The notes under the pieces were generated by a model. It was not told the origin of the DNA and made no database searches. It saw only the letters and a list, made by a program, of their open reading frames with translations. Shown here piece after piece: positions 39,101-54,100 of a stretch of DNA of 64,000 nt. The translations under genes were made by a program, and so were the position numbers. Position 1 is the stretch's first letter. Each line of letters opens with the position of its first letter. The stretch comes from Auanema rhodensis (Eukaryota; Animalia; Nematoda). The stretch spans positions 15,562,001 through 15,626,000 of the forward strand of contig OZ059899.1 of assembly GCA_964057225.1 (NCBI GenBank), in the 5' to 3' direction.

Positions 39101-42100
39101 TTCAGGCTGTGGACACGTTGTGTCCTGTGAATGTTCGCTTTGCTCGAAGACCATCATCGAAAATAAAATAAAAACACTTTGAGGTGGGGTATTCAGATGT
39201 GTAGATTCTGAATCTCCTAATCAGATTTGGCTAGGACTTCTCCTGTTTCCGGAAAAACGGTTTATATCGACCCCATCCTCAAAAATTGTTCACAAAAAAG
39301 TTCAGGCTGTGGACACGTTGTGTCCTGTGAATGTTCGCTTTGCTCGAAGACCATCATCGAAAATGAAATAAAAACACTTTGAGGTGGGGTATTCAGATGT
39401 GTAGATTCTGAATCTTCTAGTCAGATTTGGCTAGAACTTCTCCTGTTTCCGGAAAAACGGTTTATATCGACCCCATCCTCAAAAATTGTTCACAAAAAAG
39501 TTCAGGCTGTGGACACGTTGTGTCCTGTGAATGTTCGCTTTGCTCCAAGACCATCATCGAAAATAAAATAAAAACACTTTGAGGTGGGGTATTCAGATGT
39601 GTAGATTCTGAATCTTCTAGTCAGATTTGGCTAGAACTTCTCCTGTTTCCGGAAAAACGGTTTATATCGACCCCATCCTCAAAAATTGTTCACAAAAAAG
39701 TTCAGGCTGTGGACACGTTGTGTCCTGTGAATGTTCGCTTTGCTCCAAGACCATCATCGAAAATCAAATAAAAATACTTTGAGGTGGGGTATTCAGATGT
39801 GTAGATTCTGAATCTCCTAATGAGATTTGGCTAGGACTTCTCCTGTTTCCAGAAAAACGGTTTATATCGACCCCATCCTCAAAAATTGTTCACAAAAAAG
39901 TTCAGGCTGTGGACACGTTGTGTCCTGTGAATGTTCGCTTTGCTCCAAGACCATCATCGAAAATCAAATAAAAATACTTTGAGGTGGGGTATTCAGATGT
40001 GTAGATTCTGAATCTCCTAATGAGATTTGGCTAGGACTTCTCCTGTTTCCGGAAAAACGGTTTATATCGACCCCATCCACAAGAATTGTTCACAAAAAAG
40101 TTCAGGCTGTGGACACGTTGTGTCCTGTGAATGTTCGCTTTGCTCCAAGACCATCATCGAAAATGAAATAAAAACACTTTGAGGTGGGGTATTCAGATGT
40201 GTAGATTCTGAATCTTCTAGTCAGATTTGGCTAGAACTTCTCCTGTTTCCGGAAAAACGGTTTATATCGACCCCATCCACAAAAATTGTTCACAAAAAAG
40301 TTTAGGCTGTGGACACGTTGTGTCCTGTGAATGTTCGCTTTGCTCCAAGACCATCATCGAAAATTAAATAAAAATACTTTGAGGTGGGGTATTCAGATGT
40401 GTAGATTCTGAATCTCCTAATGAGATTTGGCTAGGACTTCTCCTGTTTCCAGAAAAACGGTTTATATCGACCCCATCCTCAAAAATTGTTCACAAAAAAG
40501 TTCAGGCTGTGGACACGTTGTGTCCTGTGAATGTTCGCTTTGCTCCAAGACCATCATCGAAAATGAAATGAAAATACTTTGAGGTGGGGTATTCAGATGT
40601 GTAGATTCTGAATCTTCTAGTGAGAGTTGGCTAGGACTTCTCCTGTTTCCGGAAAAACGGTTTATATCGACCCCATCCTCAAAAATTGTTCACAAAAAAG
40701 TTCAGGCTGTGGACACGTTGTGTCCTGTGAATGTTCGCTTTGCTCCAAGACCATCATCGAAAATGAAATAAAAACACTTTGAGGTGGGGTATTCAGATGT
40801 GTAGATTCTGAATCTCCTAATCAGATTTGGCTAGGACTTCTCCTGTTTCCGGAAAAACGGTTTATATCGACCCCATCCTCAAAAATTGTTCACAAAAAAG
40901 TTCAGGCTGTGGACACGTTGTGTCCTGTGAATGTTCGCTTTGCTCCAAGACCATCATCGAAAATGAAATGAAAATACTTTGAGGTGGGGTATTCAGATGT
41001 GTAGATTCTGAATCTCCTAATCAGATTTGGCTAGGACTTCTCCTGTTTCCGGAAAAACGGTTTATATCGACCCCATCCTCAAAAATTGTTCACAAAAAAG
41101 TTCAGGCTGTGGACACGTTGTGTCCTGTAAATGTTCGCTTTGCTCGAAGACCATCATCGAAAATAAAATAAAAACACTTTGAGGTGGGGTATTCAAATGT
41201 GTAGATTCTGAATCTTCTAGTCAGATTTGGCTAGGACTTCTCTTGTTTCCGGAAAAACGGTTTATATCGACCCCATCCACAAAAATTGTTCACAAAAAAG
41301 TTCAGGCTGTGGACACGTTGTGTCCTGTGAATGTTCGCTTTGCTCCAAGACCATCATCGAAAATGAAATAAAAACACTTTGAGGTGGGGTATTCAGATGT
41401 GTAGATTCTGAATCTTCTAGTCAGATTTGGCTAGGACTTCTCTTGTTTCCGGAAAAACGGTTTATATCGACCCCATCCACAAAAATTGTTCACAAAAAAG
41501 TTCAGGCTGTGGACACGTTGTGTCCTGTGAATGTTCGCTTTGCTCCAAGACCATCATCGAAAATGAAATAAAAACACTTTGAGGTGGGGTATTCAGATGT
41601 GTAGATTCTGAATCTTCTAGTCAGATTTGGCTAGGACTTCTCTTGTTTCCGGAAAAACGGTTTATATCGACCCCATCCACAAAAATTGTTCACAAAAAAG
41701 TTCAGGCTGTGGACACGTTGTGTCCTGTGAATGTTCGCTTTGCTCCAAGACCATCATCGAAAATGAAATAAAAACACTTTGAGGTGGGGTATTCAGATGT
41801 GTAGATTCTGAATCTTCTAGTCAGATTTGGCTAGAACTTCTCCTGTTTCCGGAAAAACGGTTTATATCGACCCCATCCACAAAAATTGTTCACAAAAAAG
41901 TTTAGGCTGTGGACACGTTGTGTCCTGTGAATGTTCGCTTTGCTCCAAGACCATCATCGAAAATTAAATAAAAATACTTTGAGGTGGGGTATTCAGATGT
42001 GTAGATTCTGAATCTCCTAATGAGATTTGGCTAGGACTTCTCCTGTTTCCAGAAAAACGGTTTATATCGACCCCATCCTCAAAAATTGTTCACAAAAAAG

Positions 42101-45100
42101 TTCAGGCTGTGGACACGTTGTGTCCTGTGAATGTTCGCTTTGCTCCAAGACCATCATCGAAAATGAAATGAAAATACTTTGAGGTGGGGTATTCAGATGT
42201 GTAGATTCTGAATCTTCTAGTGAGAGTTGGCTAGGACTTCTCCTGTTTCCGGAAAAACGGTTTATATCGACCCCATCCTCAAAAATTGTTCACAAAAAAG
42301 TTCAGGCTGTGGACACGTTGTGTCCTGTGAATGTTCGCTTTGCTCCAAGACCATCATCGAAAATGAAATAAAAACACTTTGAGGTGGGGTATTCAGATGT
42401 GTAGATTCTGAATCTCCTAATCAGATTTGGCTAGGACTTCTCCTGTTTCCGGAAAAACGGTTTATATCGACCCCATCCTCAAAAATTGTTCACAAAAAAG
42501 TTCAGGCTGTGGACACGTTGTGTCCTGTAAATGTTCGCTTTGCTCGAAGACCATCATCGAAAATAAAATAAAAACACTTTGAGGTGGGGTATTCAAATGT
42601 GTAGATTCTGAATCTTCTAGTCAGATTTGGCTAGGACTTCTCTTGTTTCCGGAAAAACGGTTTATATCGACCCCATCCACAAAAATTGTTCACAAAAAAG
42701 TTCAGGCTGTGGACACGTTGTGTCCTGTGAATGTTCGCTTTGCTCCAAGACCATCATCGAAAATGAAATAAAAACACTTTGAGGTGGGGTATTCAGATGT
42801 GTAGATTCTGAATCTTCTAGTCAGATTTGGCTAGGACTTCTCTTGTTTCCGGAAAAACGGTTTATATCGACCCCATCCACAAAAATTGTTCACAAAAAAG
42901 TTCAGGCTGTGGACACGTTGTGTCCTGTGAATGTTCGCTTTGCTCCAAGACCATCATCGAAAATGAAATAAAAACACTTTGAGGTGGGGTATTCAGATGT
43001 GTAGATTCTGAATCTTCTAGTCAGATTTGGCTAGGACTTCTCTTGTTTCCGGAAAAACGGTTTATATCGACCCCATCCACAAAAATTGTTCACAAAAAAG
43101 TTCAGGCTGTGGACACGTTGTGTCCTGTGAATGTTCGCTTTGCTCCAAGACCATCATCGAAAATGAAATAAAAACACTTTGAGGTGGGGTATTCAGATGT
43201 GTAGATTCTGAATCTTCTAGTCAGATTTGGCTAGGACTTCTCTTGTTTCCGGAAAAACGGTTTATATCGACCCCATCCACAAAAATTGTTCACAAAAAAG
43301 TTCAGGCTGTGGACACGTTGTGTCCTGTGAATGTTCGCTTTGCTCCAAGACCATCATCGAAAATGAAATAAAAACACTTTGAGGTGGGGTATTCAGATGT
43401 GTAGATTCTGAATCTTCTAGTCAGATTTGGCTAGGACTTCTCTTGTTTCCGGAAAAACGGTTTATATCGACCCCATCCACAAAAATTGTTCACAAAAAAG
43501 TTCAGGCTGTGGACACGTTGTGTCCTGTGAATGTTCGCTTTGCTCCAAGACCATCATCGAAAATGAAATAAAAACACTTTGAGGTGGGGTATTCAGATGT
43601 GTAGATTCTGCATCTTCTAGTCAGATTTGGCTAGGACTTCTCTTGTTTCCGGAAAAACGGTTTATATCGACCCCATCCACAAAAATTGTTCACAAAAAAG
43701 TTCAGGCTGTGGACACGTTGTGTCCTGTGAATGTTCGCTTTGCTCCAAGACCATCATCGAAAATGAAATAAAAACACTTTGAGGTGGGGTATTCAGATGT
43801 GTAGATTCTGAATCTTCTAGTCAGATTTGGCTAGAACTTCTCCTGTTTCCGGAAAAACGGTTTATATCGACCCCATCCACAAAAATTGTTCACAAAAAAG
43901 TTCAGGCTGTGGACACGTTGTGTCCTGTGAATGTTCGCTTTGCTCCAAGACCATCATCGAAAATAAAATAAAAACACTTTGAGGTGGGGTATTCAGATGT
44001 GTAGATTCTGAATCTTCTAGTCAGATTTGGCTAGAACTTCTCCTGTTTCCGGAAAAACGGTTTATATCGACCCCATCCTCAAAAATTGTTCACAAAAAAG
44101 TTCAGGCTGTGGACACGTTGTGTCCTGTGAATGTTCGCTTTGCTCCAAGACCATCATCGAAAATCAAATAAAAATACTTTGAGGTGGGGTATTCAGATGT
44201 GTAGATTCTGAATCTCCTAATGAGATTTGGCTAGGACTTCTCCTGTTTCCGGAAAAACGGTTTATATCGACCCCATCCTCAAAAATTGTTCACAAAAAAG
44301 TTCAGGCTGTGGACACGTTGTGTCCTGTAAATGTTCGCTTTGCTCGAAGACCATCATCGAAAATAAAATAAAAACACTTTGAGGTGGGGTATTCAAATGT
44401 GTAGATTCTGAATCTTCTAGTCAGATTTGGCTAGGACTTCTCTTGTTTCCGGAAAAACGGTTTATATCGACCCCATCCACAAAAATTGTTCACAAAAAAG
44501 TTCAGGCTGTGGACACGTTGTGTCCTGTGAATGTTCGCTTTGCTCCAAGACCATCATCGAAAATCAAATAAAAATACTTTGAGGTGGGGTATTCAGATGT
44601 GTAGATTCTGAATCTCCTAATGAGATTTGGCTAGGACTTCTCCTGTTTCCGGAAAAACGGTTTATATCGACCCCATCCACAAGAATTGTTCACAAAAAAG
44701 TTCAGGCTGTGGACACGTTGTGTCCTGTGAATGTTCGCTTTGCTCCAAGACCATCATCGAAAATGAAATAAAAACACTTTGAGGTGGGGTATTCAAATGT
44801 GTAGATTCTGAATCTCCTAATGAGATTTGGCTAGGACTTCTCCTGTTTCCGGAAAAACGGTTTATATCGACCCCATCCTCAAAAATTGTTCACAAAAAAG
44901 TTCAGGCTGTGGACACGTTGTGTCCTGTGAATGTTCGCTTTGCTCCAAGACCATCATCGAAAATGAAATGAAAATACTTTGAGGTGGGGTATTCAGATGT
45001 GCAGATTCTGAATCTTCTAGTCAGATTTGGCTAGGACTTCTCCTGTTTCCGGAAAAACGGTTTATATCGACCCCATCCACAAAAATTGTTCACAAAAAAG

Positions 45101-48100
45101 TTTAGGCTGTGGACACGTTGTGTCCTGTGAATGTTCGCTTTGCTCCAAGACCATCATCGAAAATGAAATAAAAACACTTTGAGGTGGGGTATTCAAATGT
45201 GTAGATTCTGAATCTCCTAATGAGATTTGGCTAGGACTTCTCCTGTTTCCGGAAAAACGGTTTATATCGACCCCATCCTCAAAAATTGTTCACAAAAAAG
45301 TTCAGGCTGTGGACACGTTGTGTCCTGTGAATGTTCGCTTTGCTCCAAGACCATCATCGAAAATCAAATAAAAATACTTTGAGGTGGGGTATTCAGATGT
45401 GTAGATTCTGAATCTCCTAATGAGATTTGGCTAGGACTTCTCCTGTTTCCGGAAAAACGGTTTATATCGACCCCATCCACAAAAATTGTTCACAAAAAAG
45501 TTTAGGCTGTGGACACGTTGTGTCCTGTGAATGTTCGCTTTGCTCCAAGACCATCATCGAAAATCAAATAAAAATACTTTGAGGTGGGGTATTCAGATGT
45601 GTAGATTCTGAATCTCCTAATGAGATTTGGCTAGGACTTCTCCTGTTTCCAGAAAAACGGTTTATATCGACCCCATCCTCAAAAATTGTTCACAAAAAAG
45701 TTCAGGCTGTGGACACGTTGTGTCCTGTGAATGTTCGCTTTGCTCCAAGACCATCATCGAAAATGAAATGAAAATACTTTGAGGTGGGGTATTCAGATGT
45801 GTAGATTCTGAATCTTCTAGTCAGATTTGGCTAGAACTTCTCCTGTTTCCGGAAAAACGGTTTATATCGACCCCATCCACAAAAATTGTTCACAAAAAAG
45901 TTCAGGCTGTGGACACGTTGTGTCCTGTGAATGTTCGCTTTGCTCCAAGACCATCATCGAAAATGAAATGAAAATACTTTGAGGTGGGGTATTCAGATGT
46001 GTAGATTCTGAATCTTCTAGTCAGATTTGGCTAGAACTTCTCCTGTTTCCGGAAAAACGGTTTATATCGACCCCATCCACAAAAATTGTTCACAAAAAAG
46101 TTCAGGCTGTGGACACGTTGTGTCCTGTGAATGTTCGCTTTGCTCCAAGACCATCATCGAAAATCAAATGAAAATACTTTGAGGTGGGGTATTCAGATGT
46201 GTAGATTCTGAATCTCTTAGTGAGATTTGGCTAGGACTTCTTGTGTTTCCGGAAAAACGGTTTATATCGACCCCATCCACAAGTATTGTTCACAAAAAAG
46301 TTCAGGCTGTGGACACGTTGTGTCCTGTGAATGTTCGCTTTGCTCCAAGACCATCATCGAAAATGAAATGAAAATACTTTGAGGTGGGGTATTCAGATGT
46401 GTAGATTCTGAATCTTCTAGTGAGATTTGGCTAGGACTTCTCCTGTTTCCGGAAAAACGGTTTATATCGACCCCATCCACAAAAATTGTTCACAAAAAAG
46501 TTCAGGCTTTGGACACGTTGTGTCCTGTGAATGTTCGCTTTGCTCCAAGACCATCATCGAAAATCAAATAAAAATACTTTAAGGTGGGGTATTCAGATGT
46601 GTAGATTCTGAATCTCCTAATGAGATTTGGCTAGGACTTCTTGTGTTTCCGGAAAAACGGTTTATATCGACCCCATCCACAAGTATTGTTCACAAAAAAG
46701 TTCAGGCTGTGGACACGTTGTGTCCGGTGAATGTTCGCTTTGCTCCAAGACCATCATCGAAAATGAAATAAAAACACTTTGAGGTGGGGTATTCAGATGT
46801 GTAGATTCTGAATCTTCTAGTCAGATTTGGCTAGGACTTCTCCTGTTTCCGGAAAAACGGTTTATATCGACCCCATCCTCAAAAATTGTTCACAAAAAAG
46901 TTCAGGCTGTGGACACGTTGTGTCCTGTGAATGTTCGCTTTGCTCCAAGACCATCATCGAAAATCAAATAAAAATACTTTAAGGTGGGGTATTCAGATGT
47001 GTAGATTCTGAATCTCCTAATGAGATTTGGCTAGGACTTCTCCTGTTTCCGGAAAAACGGTTTATATCGACCCCATCCACAAGAATTGTTCACAAAAAAG
47101 TTCAGGCTGTGGACACGTTGTGTCCGGTGAATGTTCGCTTTGCTCCAAGACCATCATCGAAAATGAAATGAAAATTCTTTGAGGTGGGGTATTCAGATGT
47201 GTAGATTCTGAATCTTCTAGTCAGATTTGGCTAGGACTTCTCCTGTTTCCGGAAAAACGGTTTATATCGACCCCATCCACAAGAATTGTTCACAAAAAAG
47301 TTCAGGCTGTGGACACGTTGTGTCCGGTGAATGTTCGCTTTGCTCCAAGACCATCATCGAAAATGAAATGAAAATACTTTGAGGTGGGGTATTCAGATGT
47401 GTAGATTCTGAATCTTCTAGTGAGATTTGGCTAGGACTTCTCCTGTTTCCGGAAAAACGGTTTATATCGACCCCATCCACAAAAATTGTTCACAAAAAAG
47501 TTTAGGCTGTGGACACGTTGTGTCCTGTGAATGTTCGCTTTGCTCCAAGACCATCATCGAAAATCAAATGAAAATACTTTGAGGTGGGGTATTCAGATGT
47601 GTAGATTCTGAATCTCCTAATGAGATTTGGCTAGGACTTCTCCTGTTTCCAGAAAAACGGTTTATATCGACCCCATCCTCAAAAATTGTTCACAAAAAAG
47701 TTCAGGCTGTGGACACGTTGTGTCCTGTGAATGTTCGCTTTGCTCCAAGACCATCATCGAAAATGAAATGAAAATACTTTGAGGTGGGGTATTCAGATGT
47801 GTAGATTCTGAATCTTCTAATGAGATTTGGCTAGGACTTTTCGTGTTTCCGGAAAAACGGTTTATATCGACCCCATCCACAAGAATTGTTCACAAAAAAG
47901 TTCAGGCTGTGGACACGTTGTGTCCTGTGAATGTTCGCTTTGCTCCAAGACCATCATCGAAAATTAAATAAAAATACTTTGAGGTGGGGTATTCAAATGT
48001 GTAGATTCTGAATCTTCTAGTCAGATTTGGCTAGAACTTCTCCTGTTTCCGGAAAAACGGTTTATATCGACCCCATCCTCAAAAATTGTTCACAAAAAAG

Positions 48101-51100
48101 TTCAAGCTGTGGACACGTTGTGTCCTGTGAATGTTCGCTTTGCTCCAAGACCATCATCGAAAATGAAATGAAAACACTTTGAGGTGGGGTATTCAGATGT
48201 GTAGATTCTGAATCTTCTAGTCAGATTTGGCTAGAACTTCTCCTGTTTCCGGAAAAACGGTTTATATCGACCCCATCCACAAGAATTGTTCACAAAAAAG
48301 TTCAGGCTGTGGACACGTTGTGTCCTGTGAATGTTCGCTTTGCTCCAAGACCATCATCGAAAATGAAATGAAAACACTTTGAGGTGGGGTATTCAGATGT
48401 GTAGATTCTGAATCTTCTAGTCAGATTTGGCTAGAACTTCTCCTGTTTCCGGAAAAACGGTTTATATCGACCCCATCCACAAGAATTGTTCACAAAAAAG
48501 TTCAGGCTGTGGACACGTTGTGTCCTGTGAATGTTCGCTTTGCTCCAAGACCATCATCGAAAATGAAATGAAAACACTTTGAGGTGGGGTATTCAGATGT
48601 GTAGATTCTGAATCTTCTAGTCAGATTTGGCTAGAACTTCTCCTGTTTCCGGAAAAACGGTTTATATCGACCCCATCCACAAAAATTGTTCACAAAAAAG
48701 TTTAGGCTGTGGACACGTTGTGTCCTGTGAATGTTCGCTTTGCTCCAAGACCATCATCGAAAATCAAATGAAAATACTTTGAGGTGGGGTATTCAGATGT
48801 GTAGATTCTGAATCTCCTAGTGAGATTTGGCTAGGACTTCTCCTGTTTCCGGAAAAACGGTTTATATCGACCCCATCCACAAAAATTGTTCACAAAAAAG
48901 TTCAGGCTGTGGACACGTTGTGTCCGGTGAATGTTCGCTTTGCTCCAAGACCATCATCGAAAATGAAATGAAAATACTTTGAGGTGGGGTATTCAGATGT
49001 GTAGATTCTGAATCTTCTAGTCAGATTTGGCTAGGACTTCTCCTGTTTCCGGAAAAACGGTTTATATCGACCCCATCCACAAGAATTGTTCACAAAAAAG
49101 TTCAGGCTGTGGACACGTTGTGTCCGGTGAATGTTCGCTTTGCTCCAAGACCATCATCGAAAATGAAATGAAAATACTTTGAGGTGGGGTATTCAGATGT
49201 GTAGATTCTGAATCTTCTAGTGAGATTTGGCTAGGACTTCTCCTGTTTCCGGAAAAACGGTTTATATCGACCCCATCCACAAAAATTGTTCACAAAAAAG
49301 TTTAGGCTGTGGACACGTTGTGTCCTGTGAATGTTCGCTTTGCTCCAAGACCATCATCGAAAATCAAATGAAAATACTTTGAGGTGGGGTATTCAGATGT
49401 GTAGATTCTGAATCTCCTAATGAGATTTGGCTAGGACTTCTCCTGTTTCCAGAAAAACGGTTTATATCGACCCCATCCTCAAAAATTGTTCACAAAAAAG
49501 TTCAGGCTGTGGACACGTTGTGTCCTGTGAATGTTCGCTTTGCTCCAAGACCATCATCGAAAATGAAATGAAAATACTTTGAGGTGGGGTATTCAGATGT
49601 GTAGATTCTGAATCTTCTAATGAGATTTGGCTAGGACTTTTCGTGTTTCCGGAAAAACGGTTTATATCGACCCCATCCACAAGAATTGTTCACAAAAAAG
49701 TTCAGGCTGTGGACACGTTGTGTCCTGCGAATGTTCGCTTTGCTCCAAGACCATCATCGAAAATGAAATGAAAACACTTTGAGGTGGGGTATTCAAATGT
49801 GTAGATTCTGAATCTTCTAGTCAGATTTGGCTAGAACTTCTCCTGTTTCCGGAAAAACGGTTTATATCGACCCCATCCTCAAAAATTGTTCACAAAAAAG
49901 TTCAGGCTGTGGACACGTTGTGTCCTGTGAATGTTCGCTTTGCTCCAAGACCATCATCGAAAATGAAATGAAAATACTTTGAGGTGGGGTATTCAGATGT
50001 GTAGATTCTGAATCTTCTAGTCAGATTTGGCTAGAACTTCTCCTGTTTCCGGAAAAACGGTTTATATCGACCCCATCCACAAAAATTGTTCACAAAAAAG
50101 TTTAGGCTGTGGACACGTTGTGTCCTGTGAATGTTCGCTTTGCTCCAAGACCATCATCGAAAATCAAATGAAAATACTTTGAGGTGGGGTATTCAGATGT
50201 GTAGATTCTGAATCTCCTAGTGAGATTTGGCTAGGACTTCTTGTGTTTCCGGAAAAACGGTTTATATCGACCCCATCCACAAGTATTGTTCACAAAAAAG
50301 TTCAGGCTGTGGACACGTTGTGTCCTGTGAATGTTCGCTTTGCTCCAAGACCATCATCGAAAATGAAATGAAAATACTTTGAGGTGGGGTATTCAGATGT
50401 GTAGATTCTGAATCTTCTAGTCAGATTTGGCTAGGACTTCTCCTGTTTCCGGAAAAACGGTTTATATCGACCCCATCCACAAAAATTGTTCACAAAAAAG
50501 TTTAGGCTGTGGACACGTTGTGTCCTGTGAATGTTCGCTTTGCTCCAAGACCATCATCGAAAATCAAATGAAAATACTTTGAGGTGGGGTATTCAGATGT
50601 GTAGATTCTGAATCTCCTAGTGAGATTTGGCTAGGACTTCTTGTGTTTCCGGAAAAACGGTTTATATCGACCCCATCCACAAGTATTGTTCACAAAAAAG
50701 TTCAGGCTGTGGACACGTTGTGTCCTGTGAATGTTCGCTTTGCTCCAAGACCATCATCGAAAATGAAATGAAAATACTTTGAGGTGGGGTATTCAGATGT
50801 GTAGATTCTGAATCTTCTAGTCAGATTTGGCTAGGACTTCTCCTGTTTCCGGAAAAACGGTTTATATCGACCCCATCCACAAAAATTGTTCACAAAAAAG
50901 TTTAGGCTGTGGACACGTTGTGTCCTGTGAATGTTCGCTTTGCTCCAAGACCATCATCGAAAATCAAATGAAAATACTTTGAGGTGGGGTATTCAGATGT
51001 GTAGATTCTGAATCTCCTAGTGAGATTTGGCTAGGACTTCTTGTGTTTCCGGAAAAACGGTTTATATCGACCCCATCCACAAGTATTGTTCACAAAAAAG

Positions 51101-54100
51101 TTCAGGCTGTGGACACGTTGTGTCCTGTGAATGTTCGCTTTGCTCCAAGACCATCATCGAAAATGAAATGAAAATACTTTGAGGTGGGGTATTCAGATGT
51201 GTAGATTCTGAATCTTCTAGTGAGATTTGGCTAGGACTTCTCCTGTTTCCGGAAAAACGGTTTATATCGACCCCATCCACAAAAATTGTTCACAAAAAAG
51301 TTTAGGCTGTGGACACGTTGTGTCCTGTGAATGTTCGCTTTGCTCCAAGACCATCATCGAAAATCAAATGAAAATACTTTGAGGTGGGGTATTCAGATGT
51401 GTAGATTCTGAATCTTCTAGTGAGATTTGGCTAGGACTTCTCCTGTTTCCGGAAAAACGGTTTATATCGACCCCATCCACAAAAATTGTTCACAAAAAAG
51501 TTTAGGCTGTGGACACGTTGTGTCCTGTGAATGTTCGCTTTGCTCCAAGACCATCATCGAAAATCAAATGAAAATACTTTGAGGTGGGGTATTCAGATGT
51601 GTAGATTCTGAATCTCCTAGTGAGATTTGGCTAGGACTTCTTGTGTTTCCGGAAAAACGGTTTATATCGACCCCATCCACAAGTATTGTTCACAAAAAAG
51701 TTCAGGCTGTGGACACGTTGTGTCCTGTGAATGTTCGCTTTGCTCCAAGACCATCATCGAAAATGAAATGAAAATACTTTGAGGTGGGGTATTCAGATGT
51801 GTAGATTCTGAATCTTCTAGTCAGATTTGGCTAGGACTTCTCCTGTTTCCGGAAAAACGGTTTATATCGACCCCATCCACAAAAATTGTTCACAAAAAAG
51901 TTTAGGCTGTGGACACGTTGTGTCCTGTGAATGTTCGCTTTGCTCCAAGACCATCATCGAAAATCAAATGAAAATACTTTGAGGTGGGGTATTCAGATGT
52001 GTAGATTCTGAATCTCCTAGTGAGATTTGGCTAGGACTTCTTGTGTTTCCGGAAAAACGGTTTATATCGACCCCATCCACAAGTATTGTTCACAAAAAAG
52101 TTCAGGCTGTGGACACGTTGTGTCCTGTGAATGTTCGCTTTGCTCCAAGACCATCATCGAAAATGAAATGAAAATACTTTGAGGTGGGGTATTCAGATGT
52201 GTAGATTCTGAATCTTCTAGTGAGATTTGGCTAGGACTTCTCCTGTTTCCGGAAAAACGGTTTATATCGACCCCATCCACAAAAATTGTTCACAAAAAAG
52301 TTTAGGCTGTGGACACGTTGTGTCCTGTGAATGTTCGCTTTGCTCCAAGACCATCATCGAAAATCAAATGAAAATACTTTGAGGTGGGGTATTCAGATGT
52401 GTAGATTCTGAATCTTCTAGTGAGATTTGGCTAGGACTTCTCCTGTTTCCGGAAAAACGGTTTATATCGACCCCATCCACAAGAATTGTTCACAAAAAAG
52501 TTCAGGCTGTGGACACGTTGTGTCCTGTGAATGTTCGCTTTGCTCCAAGACCATCATCGAAAATGAAATAAAAACACTTTGAGGTGGGGTATTCAGATGT
52601 GTAGATTCTGAATCTTCTAGTCAGATTTGGCTAGGACTTCTCCTGTTTCCGGAAAAACGGTTTTTATCGACCCCATCCTCAAAAATTGTTCACAAAAAAG
52701 TTCAGGCTGTGGACACGTTGTGTCCTGTGAATGTTCGCTTTGCTCCAAGACCATCATCGAAAATCAAATAAAAATACTTTAAGGTGGGGTATTCAGATGT
52801 GTAGATTCTGAATCTCCTAATGAGATTTGGCTAGGACTTCTCCTGTTTCCGGAAAAACGGTTTATATCGACCCCATCCACAAGAATTGTTCACAAAAAAG
52901 TTCAGGCTGTGGACACGTTGTGTCCGGTGAATGTTCGCTTTGCTCCAAGACCATCATCGAAAATGAAATGAAAATACTTTGAGGTGGGGTATTCAGATGT
53001 GTAGATTCTGAATCTTCTAGTCAGATTTGGCTAGGACTTCTCCTGTTTCCGGAAAAACGGTTTATATCGACCCCATCCACAAGAATTGTTCACAAAAAAG
53101 TTCAGGCTGTGGACACGTTGTGTCCGGTGAATGTTCGCTTTGCTCCAAGACCATCATCGAAAATGAAAAAAAAACACTTTGAGGTGGGGTATTCAGATGT
53201 GTAGATTCTGAATCTTCTAGTGAGATTTGGCTAGGACTTCTCCTGTTTCCGGAAAAACGGTTTATATCGACCCATCCACAAAAATTGTTCACAAAAAAGT
53301 TCAAGCTGTGGACACGTTGTGTCCTGTGAATGTTCGCTTTGCTCCAAGACCATCATCGAAAATGAAATAAAAACACTTTGAGGTGGGGTATTCAGATGTG
53401 TAGATTCTGAATCTTCTAGTCAGATTTGGCTAGAACTTCTCCTGTTTCCGGAAAAACGGTTTATATCGACCCCATCCACAAGAATTGTTCACAAAAAAGT
53501 TCAGGCTGTGGACACGTTGTGTCCTGTGAATGTTCGCTTTGCTCCAAGACCATCATCGAAAATCAAATAAAAATACTTTGAGGTGGGGTATTCAGATGTG
53601 TAGATTCTGAATCTCCTAATGAGATTTGGCTAGGACTTCTCCTGTTTCCAGAAAAACGGTTTATATCGACCCCATCCTCAAAAATTGTTCACAAAAAAGT
53701 TCAGGCTGTGGACACGTTGTGTCCTGTGAATGTTCGCTTTGCTCCAAGACCATCATCGAAAATCAAATAAAAATACTTTGAGGTGGGGTATTCAGATGTG
53801 TAGATTCTGAATCTCCTAATGAGATTTGGCTAGGACTTCTCCTGTTTCCGGAAAAACGGTTTATATCGACCCCATCCACAAGAATTGTTCACAAAAAAGT
53901 TCAGGCTGTGGACACGTTGTGTCCTGTGAATGTTCGCTTTGCTCCAAGACCATCATCGAAAATGAAAAAAAAACACTTTGAGGTGGGGTATTCAGATGTG
54001 TAGATTCTGAATCTTCTAATCAGATTTGGCTAGGACTTCTCTTGTTTCCGGAAAAACGGTTTATATCGACCCCATCCACAAAAATTGTTCACAAAAAAGT

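Noticed and set aside
22702-53304. Recurrent 63-80 aa minus-strand ORFs (MDGVDINRFSG...) in the satellite
   Set aside because: They use non-ATG starts (GTG for the 72-aa set), appear only when toggling alleles happen to remove stops, and the 200-bp period is not a multiple of 3. No recognisable domain.
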